A stretch of DNA of 64,000 nucleotides, from assembly GCF_054482525.1 (NCBI RefSeq), contig NZ_CM137006.1. One strand, given 5' to 3'. This document shows positions 32,098 through 42,534 of this stretch, one piece after another. A program made the translations under genes and the position numbers. Within the stretch, counting starts at the first letter, position 1. Each line of letters opens with the position of its first letter. A model generated the notes under the pieces. It saw nothing but the letters and a program-made list of their open reading frames with translations. It made no database searches and had not been told where the DNA came from.

Positions 32098-32630
32098 TGA
32101 ACAATTCACCCTTACTCAACCATTACCAGGCCTGGCTGGATGATTTTACCCGCGTCAGTCTGTTCCACGGTTTATGCCAGAAGCACATCTCGCAGTGGCA
32201 CAGGCTGGCGATAACCGCCTGCCCGATGCCAGGCAGTAGCGTAACAGAAGTCGTCATTCCACAGTGTCTGCTGCCGGTTACCCGCACCAGTCGACTGGGA
32301 TCATGTACTGTCGCCCCCGGTCTGACTAAACACATCGATTATGCCCTTCTGCCCGGTGTGCTGCTCAGCGAATGTTATCGACTGGGGAAAAGTCGGCTGG
32401 CAGACCAGTTACAGATGTTATTCCGGCTTAATGTACAGTCCGGTATGCGCCAGGCGCTGATCCTGCTGTGCTGGTGTGAGCTGGCAACAGGTAAGGATAT
32501 GGAGGAATGGTATGCGCTGCATCTGCCACTGCCTGACACGCTGACGCAATGGTTGGCAGTAAAACAGCGGGCATACCGGGGACTGAAGACGCTGACTGAC
32601 GGTTACATTCGTGCCACCCAGCCGATGTGA
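32098..32630 (+). CDS. Hypothetical protein
   Basis: ORF with start trimmed to MNNSPLLNHY; no recognisable domain; operonic with alpA. Confidence 0.4.
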
Positions 32631-32640
32631 GGGACGGATA

Positions 32641-33024
32641 ATGCTGATACCAAAATGCTATATTGCACAGCGTAAAACCGGTGAGATTTTCGCTGTCAGC
32701 CAACTGAATTCAGGCGATGAAGAGTGGTTCTGCCATCACTGCCAGTGCCCGTTGATTTTCCATTCCCCCACCATAACGTCACCGCCCTGGTTCGAACACG
32801 ACATACTTCAGGGACAACCAGAAGCACTGTTGCAATGCCCCTATCTGGCCCCCGTCAATGCAAAGCCTTCAGCGGTGGCTAAGCTACAGCGCCTTCTGGC
32901 ACAACTCCCACCGGTCATCACGACCACACAATGGCAATGTACCATGTGCGGCCTGTCATATTGCGGCGAGAAGTGCTGCCCTCAATGTAGAAAAGGGATA
33001 TATAGTCGGGAGATACGAATTTAG
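32641..33024 (+). CDS. Cys-rich putative zinc-ribbon protein
   Basis: CHHCQC and CTMCG...CCPQC cysteine pairs; 127 aa. Confidence 0.4.
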   Translation: MLIPKCYIAQRKTGEIFAVSQLNSGDEEWFCHHCQCPLIFHSPTITSPPWFEHDILQGQPEALLQCPYLAPVNAKPSAVAKLQRLLAQLPPVITTTQWQCTMCGLSYCGEKCCPQCRKGIYSREIRI

Positions 33025-33351
33025 TGATACGTACCAGGCAATCATGGGATTGATTGGTACACCAGAAAGTTATTATATGGGGGCATATAACTTCGGAGTA
33101 AAAATCAATCACTTTCTATCATCCGGCCCCTGGTGCTTGTGGATTCGTAATTCATAAACCATGACGGGTTGGTAATATTAATTAACCAACTGATATATAA
33201 ACAATATTATCTCATTGTCACGCTCATATACGGTTACTCATACACGACAGCCTTAATTGCTGGCATCACCCTTTAAATCCTTAATCCCTTTAACAGCCCA
33301 TTGCGGGTAAGGCTTTGCCCTGCCCGTAATTTATTACCCAAGGAAAATTAT

Positions 33352-33963
33352 ATGTTTGACAATATCTGTCTCGATAGACGGCATGCACCATTCAACACCA
33401 CTTACCTACAGCGTATTCTACGCGTTATAGATAACGCGACTGCAGAGCATGCACGGACGATGGCAGTTCGGGTAGACCTGCGTCTTCCTGACAATATGCT
33501 CATTAACCGACAGGGCCTGATATCTCGTTTCATTGAATCCCTTGATGCAAAGATTGCAGCGCGCTACAGAAGTAAGTTGAAGCAGGGTAAACGAACATAT
33601 CCATGCCACCTTCGCGATGCCTGGGTTCGGGAGGTGGGTGAGATTAATCAGAAATCGCATTACCACATGGTGTTGTTCGTGAATAACGATACATTCAATG
33701 GGCTGGGGAGTTACAAAGAAGATGGGACGGGCCTGGCGTCCTTGATACGAGAGGCCTGGCTGAGTGCTTTACAGCTTAGTCACCGCCCAGAGCACTGGAC
33801 GCTAGCCCACTATCCCGATAATCCACTTTATTTTCTGGATATTAATTCCGCTGGCTACAAAGAGTCTTATGACCAACTGACGTTTCGGTTAAGTTATTTT
33901 GCGAAGGAACGCACCAAAGATTACAACAGGGAGGAACGTTCATTCGGATGTAGCCAGGGCTGA
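33352..33963 (+). CDS. YagK/YfjJ-family (inovirus Gp2-like) protein
   Basis: Start trimmed to MFDNICLD; resembles CP4-57 YfjJ / CP4-6 YagK. Confidence 0.55.
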   Translation: MFDNICLDRRHAPFNTTYLQRILRVIDNATAEHARTMAVRVDLRLPDNMLINRQGLISRFIESLDAKIAARYRSKLKQGKRTYPCHLRDAWVREVGEINQKSHYHMVLFVNNDTFNGLGSYKEDGTGLASLIREAWLSALQLSHRPEHWTLAHYPDNPLYFLDINSAGYKESYDQLTFRLSYFAKERTKDYNREERSFGCSQG

Positions 33964-34753
33964 ATTCGGTACATCGTTTTGCTGGTGGCACTATATTTGC
34001 GCCACAACGCCATAGTGTGTCAACCACACCGCTATTCCCCTCACAATACCGTTAAACCATTCAACCACATGGCGTCAGTCTGCCCATCAAGGGCGGCTTA
34101 CACCTGCTTGCAGAAGTCGGATTATATTTGACGCCAACGACGGTAATAGTCGTTTGACGAGCGCCAGAACGGTACAGAAAGATATATAGTATCGTAGGCA
34201 GGCTTGATACCCCTGTTATCGTGCAGTCTTGGCACTGCGCTTGGTTCGGATACCATTACTAGGGCAAAAAGCACTGTGTGGTCTGTGGTATCGGGAAATA
34301 TAGCACGGAAGAATCAAACTGGCTGATGAATGACACCAGAGCGCCTGCGTGAGGTCCACCGTATTTCCTCCAACCAACACAGAGAAAAAATCATAATGAG
34401 CTACCACCAGTTAATCATCACAAATACAAAGTCGGCGGACAGTGCACGCATTCACCACGTATTACAGCAACCCGGATGGTTTCGAAATACAATTGGCAGC
34501 GTTGAAAGAGGTTGCATTGCAAATGGTTTTTTCAGTGATGACTGCCTGCAGTGACCTGTTTAAATGATCACTGTCACGTTATCTGGATTGCGCAGTTGCT
34601 TGGGTTGCAGTATGTCTCATCTTAGACTGTGTTGATGTTATTGTTGAGATCAGCACTCCGGCAGATGGCCAAATTCAGTAAACCACTTCAAAAGGCACAT
34701 TTATGCAACCTCATCAGCGGTGACCCGTAAAAATTGCAAATTAAGGAGCAATA

Positions 34754-36853
34754 ATGAACCGAGAGCAAGCCCAACAACTGCTGCAGACTGCTTTGGCTAA
34801 CCCTGCTGCTGAATTTCGTGATGGTCAGTGGGAAGCCATTGATGCATTGGTTAATCGTCGTCAGAAACTACTGGTTGTACAGCGTACCGGCTGGGGTAAG
34901 AGCTCGGTTTATTTTATTAGTACTAAAATCTTCCGTGACCGCGAGATGGGGCCTACGATTATTGTATCGCCACTGCTTGCATTAATGCGTAACCAGATTG
35001 ATTCAGCGCAGCGTTTGGGAATAGTTGCCGAAACAATGAATTCGGCTAATAGGGAGGATTGGCAGGCTGTAACTCAACGAATTCTCAATAACCAAATAGA
35101 CTGTTTGCTCATTTCCCCAGAGCGGCTAGCAAATGATACCTTTATTGAGACGGTCCTTCAGCCCATTGCCGATCGAATCGCCCTAATGGTAATTGACGAA
35201 GCACACTGTATTTCAGATTGGGGTCATGATTTTCGTCCTGATTATCGCCGTATCGTAAATATCCTTCGTCAATTGCCCGCCAACACCCCAGTACTAGGTA
35301 CGACTGCAACTGCCAATAACCGAGTTGTTGACGATATCCAAGCCCAGCTTGGGGATATACAAATCCACCGAGGTCCTCTTACTCGCGAAAGCCTCGCTCT
35401 GCATACAATGTCTTTACCCGATCAGGCATCTCGTTTAGCTTGGCTCGCCCAAGTTATTCCGATGCTACATGGAACAGGCATTATTTACGCATTAACAGTT
35501 CGTGATGCCGAGCAGGTGGCAGAATGGTTGAGCATGCACGGTATAGTTGCCATGGCATACCACGGTAGCATCGAGGCTGAAGGTTTTGAGAACAGCAATG
35601 CTTACCGTCAGTACTTAGAAGAATTGTTACTTAACAACCAGCTTAAGGTTTTAGTAGCAACGACCGCGTTGGGTATGGGTTATGATAAACCTGATTTAAG
35701 TTTTGTAATCCATTACCAAGCTCCGAGTTCAATTGTTGCATACTACCAGCAGGTGGGTCGGGCTGGGCGCGGTATTGCTCATGCAACAGGTGTACTGATG
35801 TCGGGGATAGAAGATAACGACATCCATGATTTTTTCCGTGATTCTGCATTTCCATCGGAGGATCAAGTTAACGATATTCTTCGAGTGTTGGAAAATAATG
35901 ATGGTCTATCACTCCGCAACATCGAGGAAAAAACTAACCTACGCCACGGCCAGATTGAGAAAGTACTTAAGTTACTGAGTGTAGAAAATCCAGCCCCCAT
36001 CATTAAAAATGAAAATCGTTGGGTTAGGACCACAGTTCGCTATCAAATGGATCATGCCCGAATTGCTCATTTGACAGGACAACGTATTCAGGAATGGGAA
36101 GAGGTTCAAGCGTACCTTACCGACACTGGATGCAAAATGGCATTTCTACGTCGTTCTCTGGACGATCTCGACCCAACTCCATGTGGTAAATGCTCGTCCT
36201 GTATTGGTCAACCAATTATAAATCAAATCATTGACCCTGCTTTGGTACATCGTGCAGGGACTTTCCTAAAACATGCAGAAATGCCGATTACTCCAAAAGC
36301 TCAGGTAGCAGCTAATGCTTTTTTGCAATATGGCTTCAGCGGCAATTTGCCACAGCAGATTAGAGCACAAGAAGGTCGAGTGTTGTCTCGCTGGGGAGAT
36401 GCTGGTTGGGGACGGTTAGTAGCCGATAATAAACGTGCAGATCACTTTGATGATGAGCTAGTGGTTGCTATGGCCGAGATGATTCAGCAGCGTTGGCAAC
36501 CGAATCCAGCGCCACAATGGGTATGCTGTGTACCTTCACGCAATCATGTACAATTAGTCCCTGATTTCGCTCGCCGCTTGGCGGCATGTTTGAGGTTGCC
36601 TTTTTTCAATGCCATCAGCAAGGTTAGAGATAACCAACCTCAAAAGGGGCAACAAAACCGTTTCCATCAATGCCGCAATCTGGACGGTGCTTTTGAGATA
36701 AATCAACCTCTACCTAACACACCGGTTCTACTTGTAGATGACATTGTAGATTCAGGCTGGACGTTAACTGTCATCGCAGCACTCCTACAACGCGCAGGTA
36801 GTGGTAAAGTATACCCTGTTGCACTTGCTTCATCTTCGGTAAAAGACTCATGA
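34754..36853 (+). CDS. RecQ-family helicase fused to a C-terminal phosphoribosyltransferase-like domain (PsyrT-like)
   Basis: Helicase motifs GWGKS (I), DEAH (II), TATA (III), QQVGRAGR (VI); C-terminal type-I PRTase motif VLLVDDIVDSGWTLT. Confidence 0.8.
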   Translation: MNREQAQQLLQTALANPAAEFRDGQWEAIDALVNRRQKLLVVQRTGWGKSSVYFISTKIFRDREMGPTIIVSPLLALMRNQIDSAQRLGIVAETMNSANREDWQAVTQRILNNQIDCLLISPERLANDTFIETVLQPIADRIALMVIDEAHCISDWGHDFRPDYRRIVNILRQLPANTPVLGTTATANNRVVDDIQAQLGDIQIHRGPLTRESLALHTMSLPDQASRLAWLAQVIPMLHGTGIIYALTVRDAEQVAEWLSMHGIVAMAYHGSIEAEGFENSNAYRQYLEELLLNNQLKVLVATTALGMGYDKPDLSFVIHYQAPSSIVAYYQQVGRAGRGIAHATGVLMSGIEDNDIHDFFRDSAFPSEDQVNDILRVLENNDGLSLRNIEEKTNLRHGQIEKVLKLLSVENPAPIIKNENRWVRTTVRYQMDHARIAHLTGQRIQEWEEVQAYLTDTGCKMAFLRRSLDDLDPTPCGKCSSCIGQPIINQIIDPALVHRAGTFLKHAEMPITPKAQVAANAFLQYGFSGNLPQQIRAQEGRVLSRWGDAGWGRLVADNKRADHFDDELVVAMAEMIQQRWQPNPAPQWVCCVPSRNHVQLVPDFARRLAACLRLPFFNAISKVRDNQPQKGQQNRFHQCRNLDGAFEINQPLPNTPVLLVDDIVDSGWTLTVIAALLQRAGSGKVYPVALASSSVKDS

Positions 36854-38175
36854 ATGTATCTAACTTATTGTCAAAAACAGCCCAGGCGACCTTACTTCTG
36901 ACTAGTTATTTTTCTAAAGCAACTAGCGAAAACGCCAAACCACTTTCCAACGCCGAATGGGGACGTTTTGCGCTATGGTTGAAAGAAAAAGCAGTTACGC
37001 CAGCTGACTTGTTGGACTCTGATCCTCAAACCTTACTGAATGGCTGGTACGACTCCCGTATCAGTACGGATCGGATCATTGAGTTGATGAATCGAGGACA
37101 TAGCCTCGCTTTGGCTATGGAGAAATGGCAACGGGCAGGCTTGTGGGTAGTGACACGTTCTGATCCAGAATATCCATGGAGATTAAAACATCGGCTTAAA
37201 ACAGACTCTCCCCCTGTTTTATTTGGCTGTGGCAATAAAGCCTTATTAAATAGAGGGGGATTGGCTGTCATTGGTTCTCGAAATGCCAATGCATCAGACC
37301 TTACTTTTACTGATCACATCGGCGTTAAAGCTGCGGACGAAAATATAGCTGTTGTATCTGGTGCTGCACGTGGAGTAGACGAAACAGCCATGTTAGGTGC
37401 AATGAGGCAAGGTGGAGTTGTAATCGGGATTTTGGCAGATAGCCTGTTAAAAGCTGCGACTAGTGCCAAATGGCGCAAGGGGCTTATGAATGACCATGTT
37501 GTGCTAATATCCCCTTTTTACCCTGAGGCTGGTTTCTATGCGGGAAATGCCATGGCTCGCAATAAATATATCTATTGCTTGTCGGATAGTGCATTGGTTA
37601 TTCATTCTGGTCGAAAAGGTGGAACAATTAGTGGGGCAGAGGAAAATCTTAAGAAAGGATGGGTGCCACTATGGGTCAATCCAACAACCGATCTAGATTC
37701 AGCTAATGCTGACTTAGTGAGCAAAGGGGGACATTGGTTGCCAAGTGATAGTAATGGCCTATCCATCGAGAATTTGCTTAAAAATAATGACAGATCAAAA
37801 ATGCAGTTAAAAGCAGAGCCCCAAGATCTTTTTTCAGAATTGTCGCATCCAGAATTAATTATTGGATCTGCAGAGAAATCGTCAACTCAAGCTCTCGAAA
37901 AAGATTGGACTGCTACTATTAATGAAGAAACTCCCAACCTAATAACTACGGAAAAAAAATTAGAGGAAAAAGAGTTAGATGTAAATCCTATAGACTTTTA
38001 TCTGCTATTCAGGACAGAATTACAGCGATTGGCCGAACATCCAATTACAGTAGATAGGTTGACAGAAGTCACTGGGTTGAATAAATCGCAAGTGCTTGAT
38101 TGGTTGAAACGTGCTGAACAAGATGGTTTGGTAAAAAAACTAAACCGTCCTACAAGATATCAATTAAATGAGTAG
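36850..38175 (+). CDS. DprA/Smf-like Rossmann-fold protein with C-terminal winged helix (PsyrA/ShosA-like)
   Basis: DprA core LAVIGSRNA...VVSGAARGVDETAMLGA...GGTI; ATGA start/stop overlap with the upstream helicase gene. Confidence 0.75.
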   Translation: MNVSNLLSKTAQATLLLTSYFSKATSENAKPLSNAEWGRFALWLKEKAVTPADLLDSDPQTLLNGWYDSRISTDRIIELMNRGHSLALAMEKWQRAGLWVVTRSDPEYPWRLKHRLKTDSPPVLFGCGNKALLNRGGLAVIGSRNANASDLTFTDHIGVKAADENIAVVSGAARGVDETAMLGAMRQGGVVIGILADSLLKAATSAKWRKGLMNDHVVLISPFYPEAGFYAGNAMARNKYIYCLSDSALVIHSGRKGGTISGAEENLKKGWVPLWVNPTTDLDSANADLVSKGGHWLPSDSNGLSIENLLKNNDRSKMQLKAEPQDLFSELSHPELIIGSAEKSSTQALEKDWTATINEETPNLITTEKKLEEKELDVNPIDFYLLFRTELQRLAEHPITVDRLTEVTGLNKSQVLDWLKRAEQDGLVKKLNRPTRYQLNE

Positions 38176-38356
38176 TAACAGGCTTTAATGAAGCAACTAT
38201 AACCGGTTTGGCCTTAATGATTTTTAGTTAAGCTTGGGCATATAAAAGTTTAGAATTGATATAATGGTATTCAATTACATTAGTGTTGAGCTAATGTAAT
38301 TGATCCTGATTTAAATATCATCTATCAGAATTGAACAATTTTACATAGTTTATACT

Positions 38357-39346
38357 TTATGTCTTTCTTTCAAGTGCAACTCCTAGATCCGCTGCCATTT
38401 TTTGGATTAGCCTCCAATCTAGCGGCCATTCTTTTTCTAAAGTAGATCTCCGTCTTTTGATTAACCAGTAAACGAAAATAACAACGCTTTGTTCAAAGAA
38501 ACTACTCCCTTCTTTGCCATCCTGAATTAGTAGTTCGAGCTCAGGAGTCTCTTCTATAAATTGATGTAATCTTTCTATCGTATCGGGTTTGATCACTTCT
38601 TTAAATGTATCTAGAATTAATAAAGTCGATTTTTGATTGTTTGGTTTATTCTTTGTTAAAGCTATGTAGATATTATCTAAAGTTCGCTGAATTCCTGCGT
38701 AACCATCAGATGCTGCGTTAATTGCTTTCGATACTGAACAGAAAAAATCATCCGTAGTTTCTATTAACGCCATGCTTTTTGCTACAGTTCTATGTATATC
38801 TGGTTCAACTATAGTTTTTGCTTTATATATGGCATCATGAGTTAACTCGGCATAGGCATGTTGTAATAAAGATCTAACCTGTATCTCACATGGAATGCCT
38901 TGTTCAATGATAACTCCATTATAATCAAAGGATTCTTTTGCAGTTACTATAAAATGTACGGATTGATACGTGAAAATTAATGGTGTATTTAATCTTTCTT
39001 CTTCGTAGTGTCTTGATGTCTTATAATGCCATTTATTACTACTTTTTATTATTTCACATATTTCATCTATATCTGAAGTAAGTAAAACGACAAACCTGAT
39101 GCCAACTTTATCTTCAATCTCTTGGTAGGGGTTTTTGTATGATTTTTCTTTTCGATGAAAAGCTTTATCGATTAGAGATGTCTTTTCTTTTATTCTCGGT
39201 GTCGCAGGTTGCTTGAGAAAGCTATTGAGGTCCCGCTCTTTATTTTCTGAGAGTTCTTTGCAAATATTTGAGACGACAAAATCTCCCCATGCTTTATACA
39301 TGGGTAGTTCTTTTTCCCAAAGTTGCGAAAACTCTAATTCATTCAT
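38357..39346 (-). CDS. RelA/SpoT-fold nucleotidyltransferase (toxSAS-like)
   Basis: Synthetase-domain signature PRIKEKTSLIDKAFHRKE, GIRFVV, YQSVHFIV and CEIQVRSLLQHAYAELTHDAIYK (EIQIRT..QHxWAE..H..YK); AT-rich. Confidence 0.7.
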   Translation of the reverse strand: MNELEFSQLWEKELPMYKAWGDFVVSNICKELSENKERDLNSFLKQPATPRIKEKTSLIDKAFHRKEKSYKNPYQEIEDKVGIRFVVLLTSDIDEICEIIKSSNKWHYKTSRHYEEERLNTPLIFTYQSVHFIVTAKESFDYNGVIIEQGIPCEIQVRSLLQHAYAELTHDAIYKAKTIVEPDIHRTVAKSMALIETTDDFFCSVSKAINAASDGYAGIQRTLDNIYIALTKNKPNNQKSTLLILDTFKEVIKPDTIERLHQFIEETPELELLIQDGKEGSSFFEQSVVIFVYWLIKRRRSTLEKEWPLDWRLIQKMAADLGVALERKT

Positions 39347-39354
39347 TAATTAGC

Positions 39355-40446
39355 TCATTCCTGAAGGGTTATCTTGTCCTTGATGAGGATTGTTGTCCAC
39401 TCAGCAGGTTTACCATCTTTATCGAGTTCACCTATAGTAGATTCAATTACAATATGGCTTTTAAAAACTTCCGCAGGGGCTGTGATTTTTATATTTTTAC
39501 TAAAGTTAAGCTTTCTTGTTTTTAATTTGCTTTCAATATGCTCGTTGTCTCTTGTGAAAGAGGTTTGTGGTATACCAGATTCATGAGCATACTCAAGATA
39601 AAGATCCTTAATACTATCATCAAAAAATCTTTCAGCATAATCTTTAGCTGAAATTACATCCGATTTTTCATGTTTAAGATATGTAACTAATGCATTTTTA
39701 AGCACATTTTTCTTTTCCTCGCTGACATCCAATTCATTAAGAAATTCACTCGTTTTTTCATAGAAATTCTTTGTTGTGCGGGCACTTGTTTCTGGGTAAC
39801 CGCAACCTAAAAAATTTTGATAAAAATATTGTGCTGCAGCTTTACCATCCGACTTACTGATTTGATAGTCAGAAATCATCACATCCCAAGATTTATTAAG
39901 ATCAGTATTATCAAGAGAATTGGTTGATTGGAAAAAACCGGCAGTTTTATAAAGTTTTGTGGATGGTGTAAGTAATATTTCTTCAACGAATTTTAATGAT
40001 ATTTGGCCCGTTTTATCGTCGATTACTTTTTCATATGCACTATAAATATCAGCCTTGATAATTCCAATGAATTTTCTTTTATTTACACCATAGTCGCCAG
40101 AAAAGATTACTACAATTCCGCCTGGAATTGCTCGTCTTGTCTGCGCATCTGCCAGTTTATTAGCTATTGTGTAAGTCTCATCAATATAATCCTCTCCCTC
40201 TTTATCAATTAAAGTTGTAGCAATATAAGGAACATAATCTTTTCCATGCTCCTTTATTTGCATTTTTACGGCTTTAGAACCATCACCTAAAGCGTCGATT
40301 ACTCGTGATTTAAAACCTTGCAAGGCATCAGCATCAAATTTTATAAATGAAGAACCTCTTGTTGGTTCTATTTTGTTTCCTTCTTCGTCGCGCTGATGAA
40401 TTTGGTGGATAATTATTTTGTTAATATTCATTTTGCTGATATTCAT
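39355..40446 (-). CDS. NA37-family nucleoid-associated protein homolog (YejK/NdpA-like)
   Basis: Similarity along the whole length to remembered YejK: N-terminus INKIIIHQIHQRDE vs INQIALHQLIKRDE, and central and C-terminal blocks; AT-rich. Confidence 0.65.
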   Translation of the reverse strand: MNISKMNINKIIIHQIHQRDEEGNKIEPTRGSSFIKFDADALQGFKSRVIDALGDGSKAVKMQIKEHGKDYVPYIATTLIDKEGEDYIDETYTIANKLADAQTRRAIPGGIVVIFSGDYGVNKRKFIGIIKADIYSAYEKVIDDKTGQISLKFVEEILLTPSTKLYKTAGFFQSTNSLDNTDLNKSWDVMISDYQISKSDGKAAAQYFYQNFLGCGYPETSARTTKNFYEKTSEFLNELDVSEEKKNVLKNALVTYLKHEKSDVISAKDYAERFFDDSIKDLYLEYAHESGIPQTSFTRDNEHIESKLKTRKLNFSKNIKITAPAEVFKSHIVIESTIGELDKDGKPAEWTTILIKDKITLQE

Positions 40447-40463
40447 TTCTGTGTAGTTCCATC

Positions 40464-40931
40464 TTATTGATTATCTGATTTTATATTTTTGCTTTCAATA
40501 TATTCTTTGTGAATATTATTCCATTCTTGACTGTCTTTTTCCCAAATAGATTTATATTCATCAAAAAGACTATCAATATCTGACTGGGTTACATCTTCTT
40601 TGGATTTTAAGTAATTAACTTTGTTTCTAAGTTGATACATGGCTAGCAAAGTAGCTTTTTGCCTAAACCATAATTTTTGATAATCAAATCTTGCAGTCCA
40701 CCCACTAACTAGAGTAAGACAGGCACTCACAATAAGAGCAGAATTTTTCTGTATTTTTTCATATCCAGATAAATCGAAGGCTAATATCAGTGTAGTAATA
40801 GTGCTCAAAAATATAGTCATGAAAAAAAATATTTTTAATTTTTTTTTATTCCATTTCGCCTTGCACTTTATTATGTTGATACTTTTATGGATTTCATCCA
40901 GTAAAAACTGTTGAGAAGATGTTATAGACAA
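40464..40931 (-). CDS. Small 2-TM membrane protein, SLATT-like
   Basis: Two hydrophobic helices (FFFMTIFLSTITTLILAF, ALIVSACLTLVSGW) followed by a charged helical tail; first gene of the three-gene operon. Confidence 0.5.
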   Translation of the reverse strand: MSITSSQQFLLDEIHKSINIIKCKAKWNKKKLKIFFFMTIFLSTITTLILAFDLSGYEKIQKNSALIVSACLTLVSGWTARFDYQKLWFRQKATLLAMYQLRNKVNYLKSKEDVTQSDIDSLFDEYKSIWEKDSQEWNNIHKEYIESKNIKSDNQ

Positions 40932-41175
40932 TTATCTCACCTGAAATATTTTCACATTGGTAATAAAACTACTCGCACTAACTGGTATGAGCTCATACCA
41001 GTTAGTGCGAGCATGGCTACCGCATTTGATGTGCTCAACAGCTTTGTATTGAGATACTTTTAACAATGTTGTATTTAACTAGCTGATACTATTAATTATA
41101 AATGAGAATCAGAGCAAAAACGAGCGGTAGGTAAGATATAGACCGAAAGCATATAAAACCATAAATATCAAATCA

Positions 41176-42378
41176 TTACACTACCGCATGTAAGATTCTA
41201 CGTACAGAGTGTAGATCAATCAAATAGTCTGAATACCACTGCATCATCTCTCTTCGCCCCTCCAGATATTGCGCATGGTTGTACGTCCCACGAATCGCAT
41301 TCTTATCGACATGCGCAAGCTGGGTTTCAATCCATGCCGTGTTGAACCCTTCCTCGTGCAAAATCGTACTCATCGTGTGACGGAAACTATGCCCCGTTAC
41401 CTTCCCCGTATACCCAATCCGTTTGAATACCTGATTAATACTCGCTTCACTCATCGTTTTACGTGGATCATTGCGCCCTGGGAACACCAAAGGATATTGC
41501 CCGGACATTACTTTGAGCTGTTGTACGATTTCTAGCGCTTGGGTAGAGAGGGGTACAAGATGGGGCCGTTTCATCTTCATACGCTCTGCAGGTATTTCCC
41601 ACACCGCTTTCTCAAGATCAAACTCACTCCAGAAAGCACCTCGAAGCTCGCCAGTACGAACTCCCGTAAGGATAAGCAGACGAGCGGCAAGAACAACTAA
41701 CGGGCTTCCTGTATAACCTGCGAGAGCTTTAAAGAAGTCTGGTAACTCCTCTACTGACAGGAAGGGATAATGCTTCGATTCATGCCCTGACATCGCGCTG
41801 GTTAGGTCCGCTGCAGGATTGTATTCCGCGCGACCTGTAACGATGGCATAACGAAAGACTTCGCTGCAGCGCTGGCGAACCTTCTTGGCCTTCTCTGTCG
41901 CGCCACGGCTTTCGATTCGACGCAGCACATTAAGCAGAACCAGCGGTTTGATTTCATTCACTGGCAGTTGGCCGATATAGGGGAAAATATCTTTATTGAA
42001 GGCTTCGATAATATCGGAGGCATAGCCTTCTGACCACCGGCTCACCTTAGTACCGTGCCACTCAAGCGCCACAGACTGGAACGTGTTGTTGAGCTGCACA
42101 TCGCGAACCAGCTTTTCTTCTTTCTTTGCGAAAGACGGGTCGATACCCTCGGCCAGCTTTTTCTTGGCTTCATCACGCAGAGCCCTCGCTTGTGCAAGGG
42201 AAACAGCCGGATAGACCCCAAAAGCCATACGCTTCTCTTTTCCATTGAAGCGATATTTCATTCGCCAGTATCGAGAACCAGAGGGAACGACTTCAAGATA
42301 CAAGCCAGCACCATCTGCCAGCTTATAGGCTTTCTCTTTGGGTTTAGCAGCGTCTACCTGTCGCGCATTAAGCTTCAT
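41176..42378 (-). CDS. P4-type tyrosine integrase
   Basis: Start trimmed to MKLNARQV; catalytic motifs GVRTGELRG, HSFRHT, LAHVD..RGTYNH; immediately adjacent to the tRNA-Thr 3' end. Confidence 0.85.
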   Translation of the reverse strand: MKLNARQVDAAKPKEKAYKLADGAGLYLEVVPSGSRYWRMKYRFNGKEKRMAFGVYPAVSLAQARALRDEAKKKLAEGIDPSFAKKEEKLVRDVQLNNTFQSVALEWHGTKVSRWSEGYASDIIEAFNKDIFPYIGQLPVNEIKPLVLLNVLRRIESRGATEKAKKVRQRCSEVFRYAIVTGRAEYNPAADLTSAMSGHESKHYPFLSVEELPDFFKALAGYTGSPLVVLAARLLILTGVRTGELRGAFWSEFDLEKAVWEIPAERMKMKRPHLVPLSTQALEIVQQLKVMSGQYPLVFPGRNDPRKTMSEASINQVFKRIGYTGKVTGHSFRHTMSTILHEEGFNTAWIETQLAHVDKNAIRGTYNHAQYLEGRREMMQWYSDYLIDLHSVRRILHAVV

Positions 42379-42534
42379 TGGGGGCATCTCCCTGGACCGA
42401 ACACAGAATGCCCCCACTTATGCCCCCAACTGCGACTTGATTTCGGTTGAGTCCAGTTGATAACAGGAGATAAGATACGGGCCAGAAACCGCAGTATACG
42501 GGCTTTTAGTTGATTTCGGTAGACTTGGGAAGAG

